A DNA stretch of 64,000 nt, taken from NCBI GenBank assembly GCA_052327205.1, contig CM126218.1:38378001-38442000 (forward strand), in the 5' to 3' direction. A program made the translations under genes and the position numbers. The notes under the pieces were generated by a model that worked only from the letters and a program-made list of their open reading frames with translations, made no database searches and was not told the DNA's origin. The first letter of the stretch is position 1; each line of letters starts with the position of its first letter. This DNA comes from Somniosus microcephalus (taxonomy: Eukaryota). Below are positions 12,020-24,012 of this stretch, piece after piece.

Positions 12020-14207
12020 TCATATTTTTATACATCCTGTTTATTTAATGTGCTTTTGCAGGATATAAATAATGACAAAATTACAAAATTTGTAACTGGA
12101 AGCCCAAGCATATGTACAATTATTAGTTGCAGCGAGGCCACTATTTTATCCCCATACATTTTCATTTTGGTACCATGTTTACAGTGTTTTTTTTAAACTG
12201 CCAAATTACTACATACATGTATCAACAGTGAATAGGCAAAATATGTACAAGGATACCGCATTGTTCAAGTACTGTAATACCGTATTAAAAGATTAACACT
12301 GAATTGAACTAAAATTCAGTCCAACCATACAATATACATTTGATTATCAATTACAACCCAAGCTCTAATAGTCATCCCTTAACTTATATTTGGGTGACCT
12401 TTATCATTAAGCCCAGCTTAGTTTCTATATCATATAAAAATAATGTAACATTGAAACAACTTAAGACCATTATTACACAAGTTCAATAAGGATTCTAAAA
12501 TAAACATTAAATTGATTCACAATAAGTTTTTTTTAAACAGATGATGTCATATAACTGTTATCATCACCATTCTTTATAATGCTGCCTGTGCACACCACAG
12601 TTAAACTCTGGCTCAACGTGGTTTGAATAGGCAATGCAGCATAGCCGTATTATATGCTGCTACATCTTTAATTTTTTTTTGCAAACAAATGAGAAACGTG
12701 ACGATTCTCGTATTCGATAAACATTGATCGCTCCAGGTAGTAAATCAGTTGATTGTGGTTTCACAGGTTTAGTTCAAAAAACGTCGTGTGCTGCATTGTT
12801 TTTGAAAGTAATCAGTCACAGATCTTAGTCTTTGCCTCAAGCGGAAGATGCTTCACACTGCCGAGCAAGTCACTATTCGTGAAATTTTGTGTTTTGTACT
12901 ATAGAACAAAAATATATTCATTGTGCCATGTTTCATTTAAATTCAACAATTACACGTGCAGACAATATATTTTCTGAGATAACTATTATTTCTCATCTGA
13001 ATGGCAACCTCTTCTGCATCCAGCACTGTTACTTGGACTGCTAACGTATCCAGCGCACTGTATGAATACGCAGTGTGCCTCCACCTGTAGTGCAATGATG
13101 TTGGCTTGTAGACATTAACACCTTCTCTGTATTCCACAAGGGACCTCACCAACACCGCAATCGGCTACATTGGAATGATGGATTTTTTTCCAGTCGCAGA
13201 GAAAATTATTTTTAAAAACTAGGAATTTACTTCTTTTGAGCCCCTCAATTGCTGTTGGACAAGCTGTTTTAACATTAGATCATTAATCTGAACACTGCTT
13301 AGAAATAAGACTGAAAACTGGCACCTATGTGCAAAACTCCTGATTTTTTTTCTATTTCAAAACATTCTTCATTCTTTCACATTTTAGGAGCAAGATGTCA
13401 TAAAAATCACTACTGCTTCCATGAAAAATAATAAATAACAATATTCTCATACTAACTTTTGCAGTACCACATTACTAAAGAAAAAAAATTTACAAAATTT
13501 TCAGTGCAGATCGGTGTTTAAAACGAGGGCTAGAAACTCTGAAGGAATTGGTCTGAGTAAATGTGGATGTGTTGTAAAATTTCTAGTAAAACAATAGTGA
13601 AATTCACAACAATTTTTTAAAGCAGTTAGCAAACCACCAAAACAGTGCAGTCATTTCAAAACAAAAGCAGTTATTGAAAGATATTAGCTTAGTCATTTTT
13701 ATTATCCCAAGGCTGCACTACATAAATCACAGCTTTTTGTTAAAAAGTGTTAGTCCAAAAGGGATAAAAAAAAAATGCTTAGACTTGTTATCAGCTTTTA
13801 GCAGCATTCAAGTTATCACATGGGCAGAAGAGGTCTTCAGAGTTAGAGTCCACTGATTTCTTCTAAATCCGCGATGACCCGAAAAAGGTTGAAGAAAAAT
13901 GTTATATCAAGACCAAGAGAAAAATCTTGAAACTGGATCAGCTTAGGTCCTTCTGATGGACTGGATTTAAATAAGTCTAAAGACAGTTGTCGTGTGTCAG
14001 TTTCATTCCTGTTGCTACAGTGGGAGGAATGTCAAGGAAAAAGAGCAGCTTCATGCAGTGATGACAGTAACTGTGTAAAGGTCACTCAGCGAGTGCAGTT
14101 TTCCTCTCCACTGGGTCAGAGGTCACCAGAGGAGACAAAATGTGCTGCTTGCAGTGATTGCTCAAAAGAGTGCAAAGGCACAGACAGAGGAGAATGAGAC
14201 ATAGCGT
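12020..14207 (-). other. ANKS1B: Probable ANKS1B 3'UTR (~2.2 kb)
   Basis: AT-rich sequence without recognisable TEs between the stop codon and the candidate AATAAA. The end point is inferred. Confidence 0.5.
12040..12045 (-). promoter_or_regulatory. ANKS1B: Probable ANKS1B polyadenylation signal (AATAAA)
   Basis: Plus-strand tttatt. On the minus strand it is followed by a U/GU-rich tract (gaatgttttacgatttgtttc). It ends a repeat-free AU-rich stretch that starts at the stop codon. Confidence 0.5.
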
Positions 14208-14321
14208 TTAGAATATTGTGGTCTCATACTTAGTGTTCATCGCCCTTTTTGATTCTTGCACAGGTTCCACAATCCAAGGTACATTAGGATGAGTCTTTTG
14301 TTCCAGAAGAGGTTGATCGAG
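14208..14321 (-). CDS. ANKS1B: ANKS1B terminal coding exon (LDQPLLEQKTHPNVPWIVEPVQESKRAMNTKYETTIF*)
   Basis: Acceptor tctttttctttgcctgcag, 114 nt, TAA at 14208-14210. Ends in the conserved KYETTIF. Confidence 0.93.
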   Translation of the reverse strand, partial: LDQPLLEQKTHPNVPWIVEPVQESKRAMNTKYETTIF

Positions 14322-14656
14322 CTGCAGGCAAAGAAAAAGAACGACTTCATTAGCAACTGGAGATTTCATTTATCCATGAATAAAATAAAATATGACTCAT
14401 AAAAATTAATACATGTACTAGAGTTTTACTGTCTCCAAAAACCATCATGTTCAAATTCTCTTTGACATGAAGTAAGGATACATTACATTTAAATTCTACT
14501 GAAACAACCAGTAGTTGTATTTTAATAACAGCAAAGCACAGCAGCCCCATCACATGACTTCCTCAGCCATACGAATGTTAAACCTGGCTTCCGTACGTAC
14601 TGAACATCTCAGGTATATCGGGTGCCGGGAGGGAGCATTCCAACAAGTACAGCCTG

Positions 14657-14686
14657 CACACACACACACACACACATATATATACA
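14657..14686. repeat. (CA)10 microsatellite followed by a short (TA)n
   Basis: cacacacacacacacacaca then tatatataca. Confidence 0.9.
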
Positions 14687-17600
14687 TATGTCAAAATTCA
14701 GTCATCTGAAATAAGCTTATTAATTATTGATAATAATTAGCTTTGTGTCCACTATAAACAATTAAAAATAAAGATTAAAACTAAGGTATAATCGCACCCT
14801 ATTGGGTGAATATCTCATTGATTTTGTACTGAGTTGCTCTTTTACAGCAATTGAATTCAAAATAGATTTTTATTGTACTGTGAATAACTACAAAAACTTT
14901 TACAGTAATACATTACAATTTTTAGGGAAAAGCAGTTGATCAGCATTATAAATATTACTGAAGTGTAATTGCTAAAATGGCAATAACACTTGACTTTATA
15001 GAAATTATGTTTTATGACTATTTTAATGTCTTACATAAACTGCCAAGTCTCTTCTATGGTTGAAGTTTCGCTAGTTAGGTAAATAAATTTACCACACTGT
15101 AAAGGTTTGAAGCGTCAGTTCAAATGAACGCATTGAAAGGTTGGTACTGAATAATAATGCTAATGAAAGGGGCTCAAAGGCCTTCAGGTAATGTGGACTT
15201 TTCACAGTTAGGAGCCTGCCCTAATTAAGCAGATGACTTACTATTTTTGAGTTTAATTCTTCAAACGATCATAGAACAAACAGTAACCCTGGAAGGCACC
15301 TTTAACATGTATAAAATAAATGTTAAAACCTACTGGCCACAGAGCAGCATTGTGTGCAGCAGGCACACCAACACACTGTGAGTGGTAGGTTGCAGGTTTG
15401 GATCTGCAACTTCCCACGTGGGGACTTCCTGATCTCAGTTGGTCCATCAGGACAGGCACTGAGTGGAGGCCAGGTGTTCCTGCACGGGGTGGGGTGCAGG
15501 GAAAAAACAGAGGCAGTTTCACCCCAGGCCATTTTCACACACCATTTCCTTCTGCTCCATTACAGAGAGGCATCAGATTAACCTGGGAGTAGGTCACCTG
15601 CCTGTCCACTTGGGTGAGGAGGAAAATACATTTCAAAAGGGGGCAAAAAGAAAGAAATATAAACAAAACTGGACATTCCCCCCCGTCGCCTCCACCACTG
15701 CTGCACGATGCTTGGAATTTTAGAAACTTGAATTGTTTTGTGCTCATTTTAAATTACACTATTTAGACGATTACAGCATAGGCCAGCTGCAAAAGACACG
15801 TACCTAGTGTTTTACAGAAACTGGTCTTTGATGAAATCATGTAAAAAAAGACCATTCGTTGTTGGTATCCGGCTTATTACCATTCTGCATCTCCTAGAGA
15901 CGGTGCGATTAAAACTGTTAAAGGGGAAATCTCACCACAGCACAATTTATTGTTATTGTGCGTAAACAATACATCATTAAAAAAAACACTAATAAACTAG
16001 AGTGCAACTTGTACGTTAAGGCATTTTATCTATAACTAAGTAAAACAGAAATATATTGAAGCACCTTCCATGAAATATGTGTGGAACCAATGTACAGTCA
16101 TTATAGCAACCAATGAAACTCCGAAGAGTCGGTAAGCTGCTCCACTGTATTTCTTTCAACTATTCACTTAACATATATTACTATAAAACCCATCATCTGA
16201 CTCTCAGTTTCATGGAGGGTTTTAAGATCTGAAAACCTGGAAGGTGCGACTTAAGAGATTTAACTGCCAGGTGGGTTAAAAAAAACCTTTTACACTGGTG
16301 TGACCAAACACACAGGATTCTGAAATAATACATCAAACAAATTCCTTGAATGAGAAATCAAATGTATATTTGATGCACTAGATATTCTGTTTATAAAGCA
16401 AGCCTATGTGCAACAAAATCTGTGTTGCCCAGTTACTGGAAACATATACTCAAGCCACCATTTTATATTAACCAGCAGAACAGCAAGTGACAGATTTAAC
16501 AAGGTTAACACTAACAGTACTGGGTGTACATTTGCTATGCTAACTGCATGGAGTTGTTTATTATTATGTAATAAAGCATTTAAAAAAAATCTCAAGTGGC
16601 TATACCTTGGGCCTGTTTGAAAAATGCCCAATTAAAATGCTCATTTTCATTGTACTGTTGGAAAGCTCTCTGTCTGGCCCAACACACGAATGCAATTTCT
16701 AGTACTAATGCATTCAATTTTTAAACCCATAAATGAAAATAAAAGGAAAACCATGATTAAAATGCTGCACATGGTCAGTAAGGTTATATATCCAAATGGA
16801 CTACATTTTAGAATAATTTTAGATTATGAAATTGCTTGCCACCAGTTAGCTCTAAACAATACAACAGCTCAAAATTCTACAAGAATCCAGACTGGAATAG
16901 GTGTCCGTGGCCCATACAGAAACCCTTTATCCGACTGTATTTTCTAGTGTGTCACTAAGTAGATGGTGTCTTATGACTGATGACTGATTTTAATGCCATT
17001 GGCTTCAGACCAACAGATAGTTCCTTATCGATTATATATAACGTGAGAATGCGGGACCGCCTGAAGGTAGCCAAGATGCACGGAGGTAAAATTGCAATAA
17101 CAAGTAGTAGTTTTACATGCTTTCACACTGCACTCTGCTCAGTAAATTAGCTTTCTTTTCTTTTTTTATATAAAAAGGTCAGTTTGAAATGTTTGCAGTG
17201 AAGTCAAGGCTTGTAGGTGTTAAGATTGAACAATGAACACAGCACTGTCTAGGCTAAAATTCAACGTGTACCCAACAGGGCTCCAGCTGCCATATCGGTT
17301 TCCCATTCTTAATAAAGGACTTTGAAAAACAGAATATTGACATTGTGGTGTCATTATGGAGATAATGGAATAATGCTTCACTCATGAATAATTAAATGCG
17401 CATCAGAAAACCTACGAAGTATGGTTGTTTTTAATTCAGGTTCATATCTCATTAGTATTTATAATAATATACATGAACTTAAACTAAGCTTGCCTGGAGT
17501 AGCAGCAGAAATGTACACGTTACGCTGTGCTGGGATTCCATAAGGAACGATGGTCATCAGCAGCTGTACAAGTATAGTATTCCAATTTAATTCACGTAAT

Positions 17601-19020
17601 TATTTTACCCTGATCATTTTACAAATAAAAAGCATTTGATTTGCGTTTCTGACATAATCTAGTTTCTGAGGGTCCACTTAAATTAACCAAGTATAGAGTG
17701 CTCACTCAACAATCAATTGTGAATTTGAGATTATATTAAAATGGACAATTTGTTTACTGGAAGGAAAGTACAAGTAGTTTTCAAATGTGGAAATAGCTGG
17801 TCGCATTGGTGATTGGCCTGTTCTCATTAAAATTTGAGCCCATTAAAACCTTGTAATTCTTGGATGTTCTAACACATTGAGCTGTTTCCATTCAATCAGA
17901 TTCATATGAAACCAATCACAAAACATTTCTTCAAATGTGTTGTATTGAGGCATCACACAACATGAATTTTAGTCTTGCACAGTTAATAACAGACGATGCT
18001 AGGAGAGGAAAAACTCAAGAGGGGCAGACAAGGCAAAGCACACAAAGAAAAAATAAGACCTGGAACTTGTGCGGCAGAGAATGATGAAACTTGGAAGAAA
18101 GAGGAGGAGGAGGAGGAGGATGGGGAGGCCTGTGAGGGGTGTAAATATGATCTAAGGACCATCTGTTACTTGAATGTTTCACCTGAAAAAAAAGTGTAAA
18201 CAAAGCTGTACATATGCATATAAAAAATGCAGAGGCATTTCTAAGCAAATGAGATACTTTCAAGTGCTGTTTTAAAAAAAAATAATAATCCCACCCTTTT
18301 CTGGGGTTCATCATCATCATCTCCCCGTCCCATGACACACACTACTCTCTGGCCAATAGGGCACAGGTGACTCGCTCGGACGCACTCCCAGTGTCGGTCT
18401 GTAATTGGCTGCAAGGGGGGAGGTGTATGGGAGCAGCCAATGATGATTTTTCACCCCCTCATGTTGCAGCAGAGCCTTATTTCCATTCCATGGCCCTCCG
18501 AGGCCTATTGAAATTGGAAGCTTGCCACAAGTGCAAGCACAGGGCAGAGCTCTGCTCCACCACATTGCATTTAATGCATTGGCTCACTGAGTCTTCATAT
18601 TATTTGGCTTTAAGTTAAACCTTTGAACCATATTGAAACCCAATTATGTTGCATCAACTAAGATATATAAAGATTATACTTTTTCTGCTGAAGTTGCATT
18701 TTTGCAACATTACATATAGCTAATATGGTATAAATTTAGGTCTACAGGAAATAAAAAATCTATTTTCTACTGAAGAAACTTAATTGATGCAGACAGGTGT
18801 TTATTAGTTTAAAAGGTGCCAATTTTCCATAAGAAACTGAATTGAATTTATATTTGGTCCAAGAAAAAAAGCATCAACACCAATTTCCCTTGCTGCACAA
18901 CGCTACTTCATTTTAATTGCTTTGAAATTTGTTAGATTGACTTTTCCCTACAAACATGTACTGCTCAAAAAAAAACGTAGCTTACTGTACAAATACTGCT
19001 GCAGCATATCCTCATCCGCA

Positions 19021-20678
19021 TGGTATATCCCCGTCCGCACCGCGCGGTGTTTCCCCGTCAGCACCGAGCGATATTTCCCCGTCCGCACCCCGCGGTATTT
19101 CCCCGTCAGTAGCCCGTGGTATTTCCCCGTCCGCAGCGCGCGGTATTTCCCCGTCCGCACCGAGCGGTATTTCCCCGTCCGCACCGAGCGGTATTTCCCC
19201 GTCAGCACCGCGCGGTATTTCCCCATCAGTAGCCCGTGGTATTTCCCCGTCTGCAGCGCGCGGTATTTCCCCGTCCGCAGCGCGCGGTATTTCCCCGTCC
19301 GCACCGAGCGGTATTTCCCCGTCCGCACTGAGCGGTATTTCCCCGTCAGCACCGAGCGGTATTTCCCCGTCCGCACCGAGCGGTATTTCCCCTCCGCACC
19401 GAGCGGTATTTCCCCATCCGCACCGAGTGGTATTTCCCCGTCCGCACCGAGTGGTGTTTCCCCGTCCGCACCGAGCGGTGTTTCCCCTTCAGCACCGAGC
19501 GGTATTTCCCCTCCGCACCGAGCGGTATTTCCCCATCCGCACCGAGTGGTATTTCCCCGTCCGCACCGAGTGGTATTTCCCCGTCCGCACCGAGCGGTGT
19601 TTCCCCTTCAGCACCGAGTGGTATTTCCCCGTCCGCACCGAGCGGTGTTTCCCCTTCAGCGCCGTGTGGTATTTCCCCGTCTGCACCGAGCGGTATTTCC
19701 CCGTCAGCACCGCGCGGTATTTCCCCGTCCGCACCGAGCGGTATTTCCCCGTCAGCACCGAGCGGTATTTCCCCGTCAGCACCGAGCGGTATTTCCCCGT
19801 CCGCACCGAGCGGTGTTTCCCCTTCAGCGCCGTGTGGTATTTCCCCGTCAGCACCGCGCGGTATTTCCCCGTCAGCACCGAGCGGTATTTCCCCGTCAGC
19901 ACCGAGCGGTATTTCCCCTCTGCACCGAGCGGTATTTCCCCGTCCGCACCGAGCGGTGTTTCCCCTTCAGCGCCGTGTGGTATTTCCCCGTCAGCACCGA
20001 GTGGTATTTCCCCGTCAGCACCGCGCGGTATTTCCCCTCCGCACCGAGCGGTATTTCCCCGTCCGCACCGAGCGGTGTTTCCCCTTCAGCGCCGTGTGGT
20101 ATTTCCCCGTCAGCACCGAGTGGTATTTCCCCGTCAGCACCGCGCGGTATTTCCCCGTCAGCACCGAGCGGTATTTCCCCGTCAGCACCGAGTGGTATTT
20201 CCCCGTCAGCACCGCGCGGTATTTCCCCGTCAGCACCGAGCGGTATTTCCCCGTCAGCACCGCGCGGTATTTCCCCGTCAGCACCGGGCGGTATTTCCCC
20301 GTCCGCACCGAGCGGTATTTCCCCGTCCGCACCGAGCGGTGTTTCCCCGTTCGCACCGGGCGGTGTTTCCCCGTTCGCACCGGGCGGTATTTCCCCGTCC
20401 GCACCGAGCGGTGTTTCCCCGTTCGCACCGGGCGGTATTTCCCCGTCCGCACCGAGCGGTGTTTCCCCGTTCGCACCGGGCGGTATTTCCCCGTCCGCAC
20501 CGAGCGGTGTTTCCCCGTTCGCACCGGGCGGTATTTCCCCGTCCGCACTGAGCGGTGTTTCCCCTTCAGCGCCGTGTGGTATTTCCCCGTCAGCACCGAG
20601 CGGTATTTCCCCATCTGCACTGAGCGGTATTTCCCAGTCCGCACCGCGCGGTATATCCCCGTCAGCACCGTGCGGTAC
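19021..20678. repeat. 24-bp GC/CpG-rich minisatellite, ~69 units
   Basis: Consensus ggtatttccccgtccgcaccgagc, with some 23-bp units. Explains the repetitive ORFs RYFPVRTE, GISPSAPS and VFPRPHRA. Confidence 0.97.
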
Positions 20679-21244
20679 TTAAAAGCCGGGCTGCAAATTA
20701 CACTGACTTGTGATTGGACAATTGGATTTTCTTCCTGTGTTTTTAGGGGTTGAATATTCTGCCAGAGGTTCCCTATCCTTGTTCGCCGTAACTTTGGCAG
20801 AAGAACCACGGAAACCCCGAACAAATGGTCTAAACCACAGTCTCACGTTCAGTTATGGGGCAGGTTCCAAAGTGCTAAATACATTTAGTAATACAATTTT
20901 ATGCTAGCACCATTGCAGAAATAGAAATATCTTCCCACCTGATAATCAGTTATCAGCTGCACTAGGTGTTAGGGGTCTTGGGTGGGGGTAGAATGGGACA
21001 TCAGGTTACCTGTACCATGATTAAGCACTGCCAATAGGATTCTGTGCTTTATTCGCCATCAGACTGGCTTCACCCAGTGGCACGACACCATTATTTTCCA
21101 TACTGAACCTTAAAGACAGGGTTAGTCATTGATAAGCGGTGAGCTGCTGGAGGGTGACTGGTGCCTGTGGAACCACACCCCAAACTGGAAACACCTTCAG
21201 GAGAGGAGGGCGAGGAAACTGGCAAGAAAGAAAAGAATGATTAT

Positions 21245-21917
21245 ACCCTCGATATGAATCCCCCCACGATCACTGGGAGGGGTCGGGGGGGGGGGGGGGG
21301 GGGGGGGCGCGGAGGTGGTTATAAAATGAAGTGTGCAACTCCAGCACGCTGCATACATGAAATGGTGGCATACGTCCCGCCATGGAGAGGCAGGACGCTT
21401 ACTAACATAATTAAATCGGGCTCCTACAGTGCAATTGAGAGCCCAGTTTCAAATTAACTGCTGCTGCGCGGGTTTCCCAGGGGTCGGGAAATTTGGCGGT
21501 GGAATGGAGGCGGGAGCTGCCGACTCCACAAGCTAAGTGGCTCTCTCAGCACTCCTTGTGGGGCAGGAGTGCTTCCCCCCAAGCCCCACAATCCTTCAGC
21601 CTCCCCCAGCCCCACTCACCAGCCCACCCCCCGCTCTTCTGATCGCAGGCCTCCCCCCAACCCTTCCTGATTGCCAACCTCCTCCCCCTCCCGCCCCAAT
21701 TGCCGGGGACCGTCCCTAAGGGGCCCCGGTTGCAGCATTCAGCTGGCAGTGTTCCCTCCCCACTGCCGGCTATAGGGTGTCCATTCGGCCAGTTGCGGGT
21801 CAGTAGGCAGAGCTACTCGATGCAAATGAGGCCCTGCCGTTAAGATTGGTAGAACCTCCACATCCCCGGCCTTCAGCCATTTTCAGCCTCACCTGCACCC
21901 TCTAAATATCAGGGCCT
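21245..21917. mobile_element. GC-rich non-autonomous DNA-transposon-like remnant containing a G23 run
   Basis: GC-rich island in an AT-rich intron. The right end reads ggccctgatattt on the minus strand, resembling the TIR of the 5137/29112 elements. The left end is degenerate. Confidence 0.35.
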
Positions 21918-23474
21918 ATGTCTCCAGATGCTTTGGGAATAAGCGTACTAGAAGTATATGAAAATAAATGACACACAATGTGCAGAGCAGCACATTTTCC
22001 ACTAATAGAGCACTGATTTTGCATTGCAGTGCTCTGGATTACAGTACTGATGCTATGCTATTACCAATGATAACAGCAAATAGATATAATGCTCAGTGTC
22101 TCCTATTCACACTTCCAAAGTCATACTTCAGATTCACAGCTGTCCAGGGCTTCTGTTACCTATCTGTAATGCAATACACTGGCAGAATAATAGCACCCCG
22201 CTCTCCTGCGAATACGTCTTCTCTTTCTCAGCTAGCCTGTCAAGGAGCGGTAGAGGAACAATTTCTTGGAATCCCTTCCTGTAATACTGATAGGCACTTC
22301 CTTGCAACGTCCCAGATGGGGCAAGTTTGACAGCCCAGCACTTCCCCTGCCTTCCCCACTGACTGGGATATTGTGAGCATTAGGACCTGATTGGGAGAGA
22401 ACAGGGTTAGAATGAAAACAAAAAAAAGTAAATTTTATTACAATTTTTTTGTTCCACACCTTTCCCCAACATATCCCATTCTGCAACTCAGCATGCATTA
22501 CTCTGCAGTGTTTGCCAAACTGAAAATCCCCGCTGAGTTAAGAGAATTGTCAGATTCAATTAAAAAAAAAAGTAGCAGACACAACAGCTTTAATGTTCAC
22601 CAGGGAAATTCAATTTGGCGCTCAGATTAGTTTCCACACACTGGAAACCAACATGGCAGCCTCTGGTTTCGAGGAGCCTAAGGGTCACATGTACCTCCTC
22701 ACCCAGCCTTGAACAATGTTCCGAGATCAGTGTACAAGGTACAGGTGCATGGTTTTCTAGTGGAATCCACCCCAAGGGGAAAAAAACCCTACATTCTTAT
22801 TCTACACCATTATTAATCTATACCCAATGCACAAAACCCTTCAGAATAGTTCATGGTTATCAGTTGAATGCGTAATCTTAGTGGGTTCTTGCCTGGTGAT
22901 GTTAGTGGGGCTGTTCAATTTATGATCAGAGCATATAGGACATTTTTACCCGCCTTTAACACCAGTTACTCACAGGCGGAGTGGTTTACTGAGGCTCTTT
23001 ATCAGTGCTAACAAAATATGCTGCTATTTTAAATGGGATAATGCCAAGCTGTCATACTGAGAATTTATGGGAAAGCAGCAACTCTCTGCCTGCAGCATGT
23101 GAATACTATTAATAGCCAGCATAGCTGTGAACGAGGCCAGGACAGACAATTCGCAAGCAAAATCCAAGAACAATTCTCTCATTAATCATCCATTTCCTGA
23201 GCTGCCTGAATATGACGATTGAGCAAGTGATTCAGAAAGGATCTGTGAACCCAGGACTATTAAAAGAAATTATTGTTCACACAGAAGTGACAGAGAGCAA
23301 AAAGAGTGGAAGGCGACACAAGGAGATAGAACAGACAAATACAGAGATGTTGACATTAAAAATACAATAGCTGGATTAAGAAATATTGTTGCAAAATGTT
23401 CCTATGTAGGTGAAATCAGTGCTGGTGCTACACTGCATATAGTAGCAGACTTCAAGTTTGTCAATAATTCAGTA

Positions 23475-23578
23475 CAGGTTGAATGTCCAAAATCTGGAGT
23501 TCCGGAATCCAGACGCCGGGACGATTGGTGACAGGGTCGTCCGGAATCCGGAACTCCGGATTTTGGACGCTCAACCTG
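23475..23578. mobile_element. Palindromic Tc1/mariner (pogo/Tigger-type) MITE
   Basis: TA|caggttgaatgtccaaaatctggagttccggaatccagacg...cgtccggaatccggaactccggattttggacgctcaacctg|TA: long imperfect inverted arms with a TA TSD. Confidence 0.85.
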
Positions 23579-23699
23579 TACTTCAAAAAGCCATTAACTT
23601 TTGTTGTCTTATTTTGAAAAAATCCTATGAAAAATGCGAGTGATGCAATAAAACTTTAGTGTTGTGTTTTACCCTCCTTAATCTGCACAGCTTCACTAA

Positions 23700-24012
23700 G
23701 TGTTTCCGGCAGGCTGCGGCCACGGCACCACGCCGCCCTGGTGGCCTAGTGTGGGCCATCGGATGCTCTGCAGAGCTCGCAGCGTCCCTCCCCTTTAACA
23801 GAAGGGGCGGGGCGGAGAAACACGTCAGCGCTACGCGGAGCGGCCCAGGCATTTCCGGACTCGGAACGTGTTTCTGAAGTCCGGAAACGCCCGAGCCCAG
23901 GTTGCGATATTTCTGGACTTCGGACATCAGAAACACGTTCCGAAGTCCGGAAAAACACGAAAACCGGCTCGGCCTCGGTCCCAAGGTTGCCGGATTCAGG
24001 ACGCTCAACCTG
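23700..24012. mobile_element. Partial related Tigger-like element (right end only)
   Basis: Ends ggacgctcaacctg|TA at 24012-24014, the same terminus as 23578. Internal tccgga repeats. Left boundary approximate. Confidence 0.6.

Noticed and set aside
19021-20678. CRISPR-like array
   Set aside because: The units are contiguous with no unique spacers, there are no cas genes, and the context is a vertebrate intron.
18922-20824. Long ORFs (586, 531, 265, 269 aa) on both strands
   Set aside because: They come from the largely stop-free 24-bp minisatellite. The peptides are 8-residue repeats that switch frame at 23-bp units.
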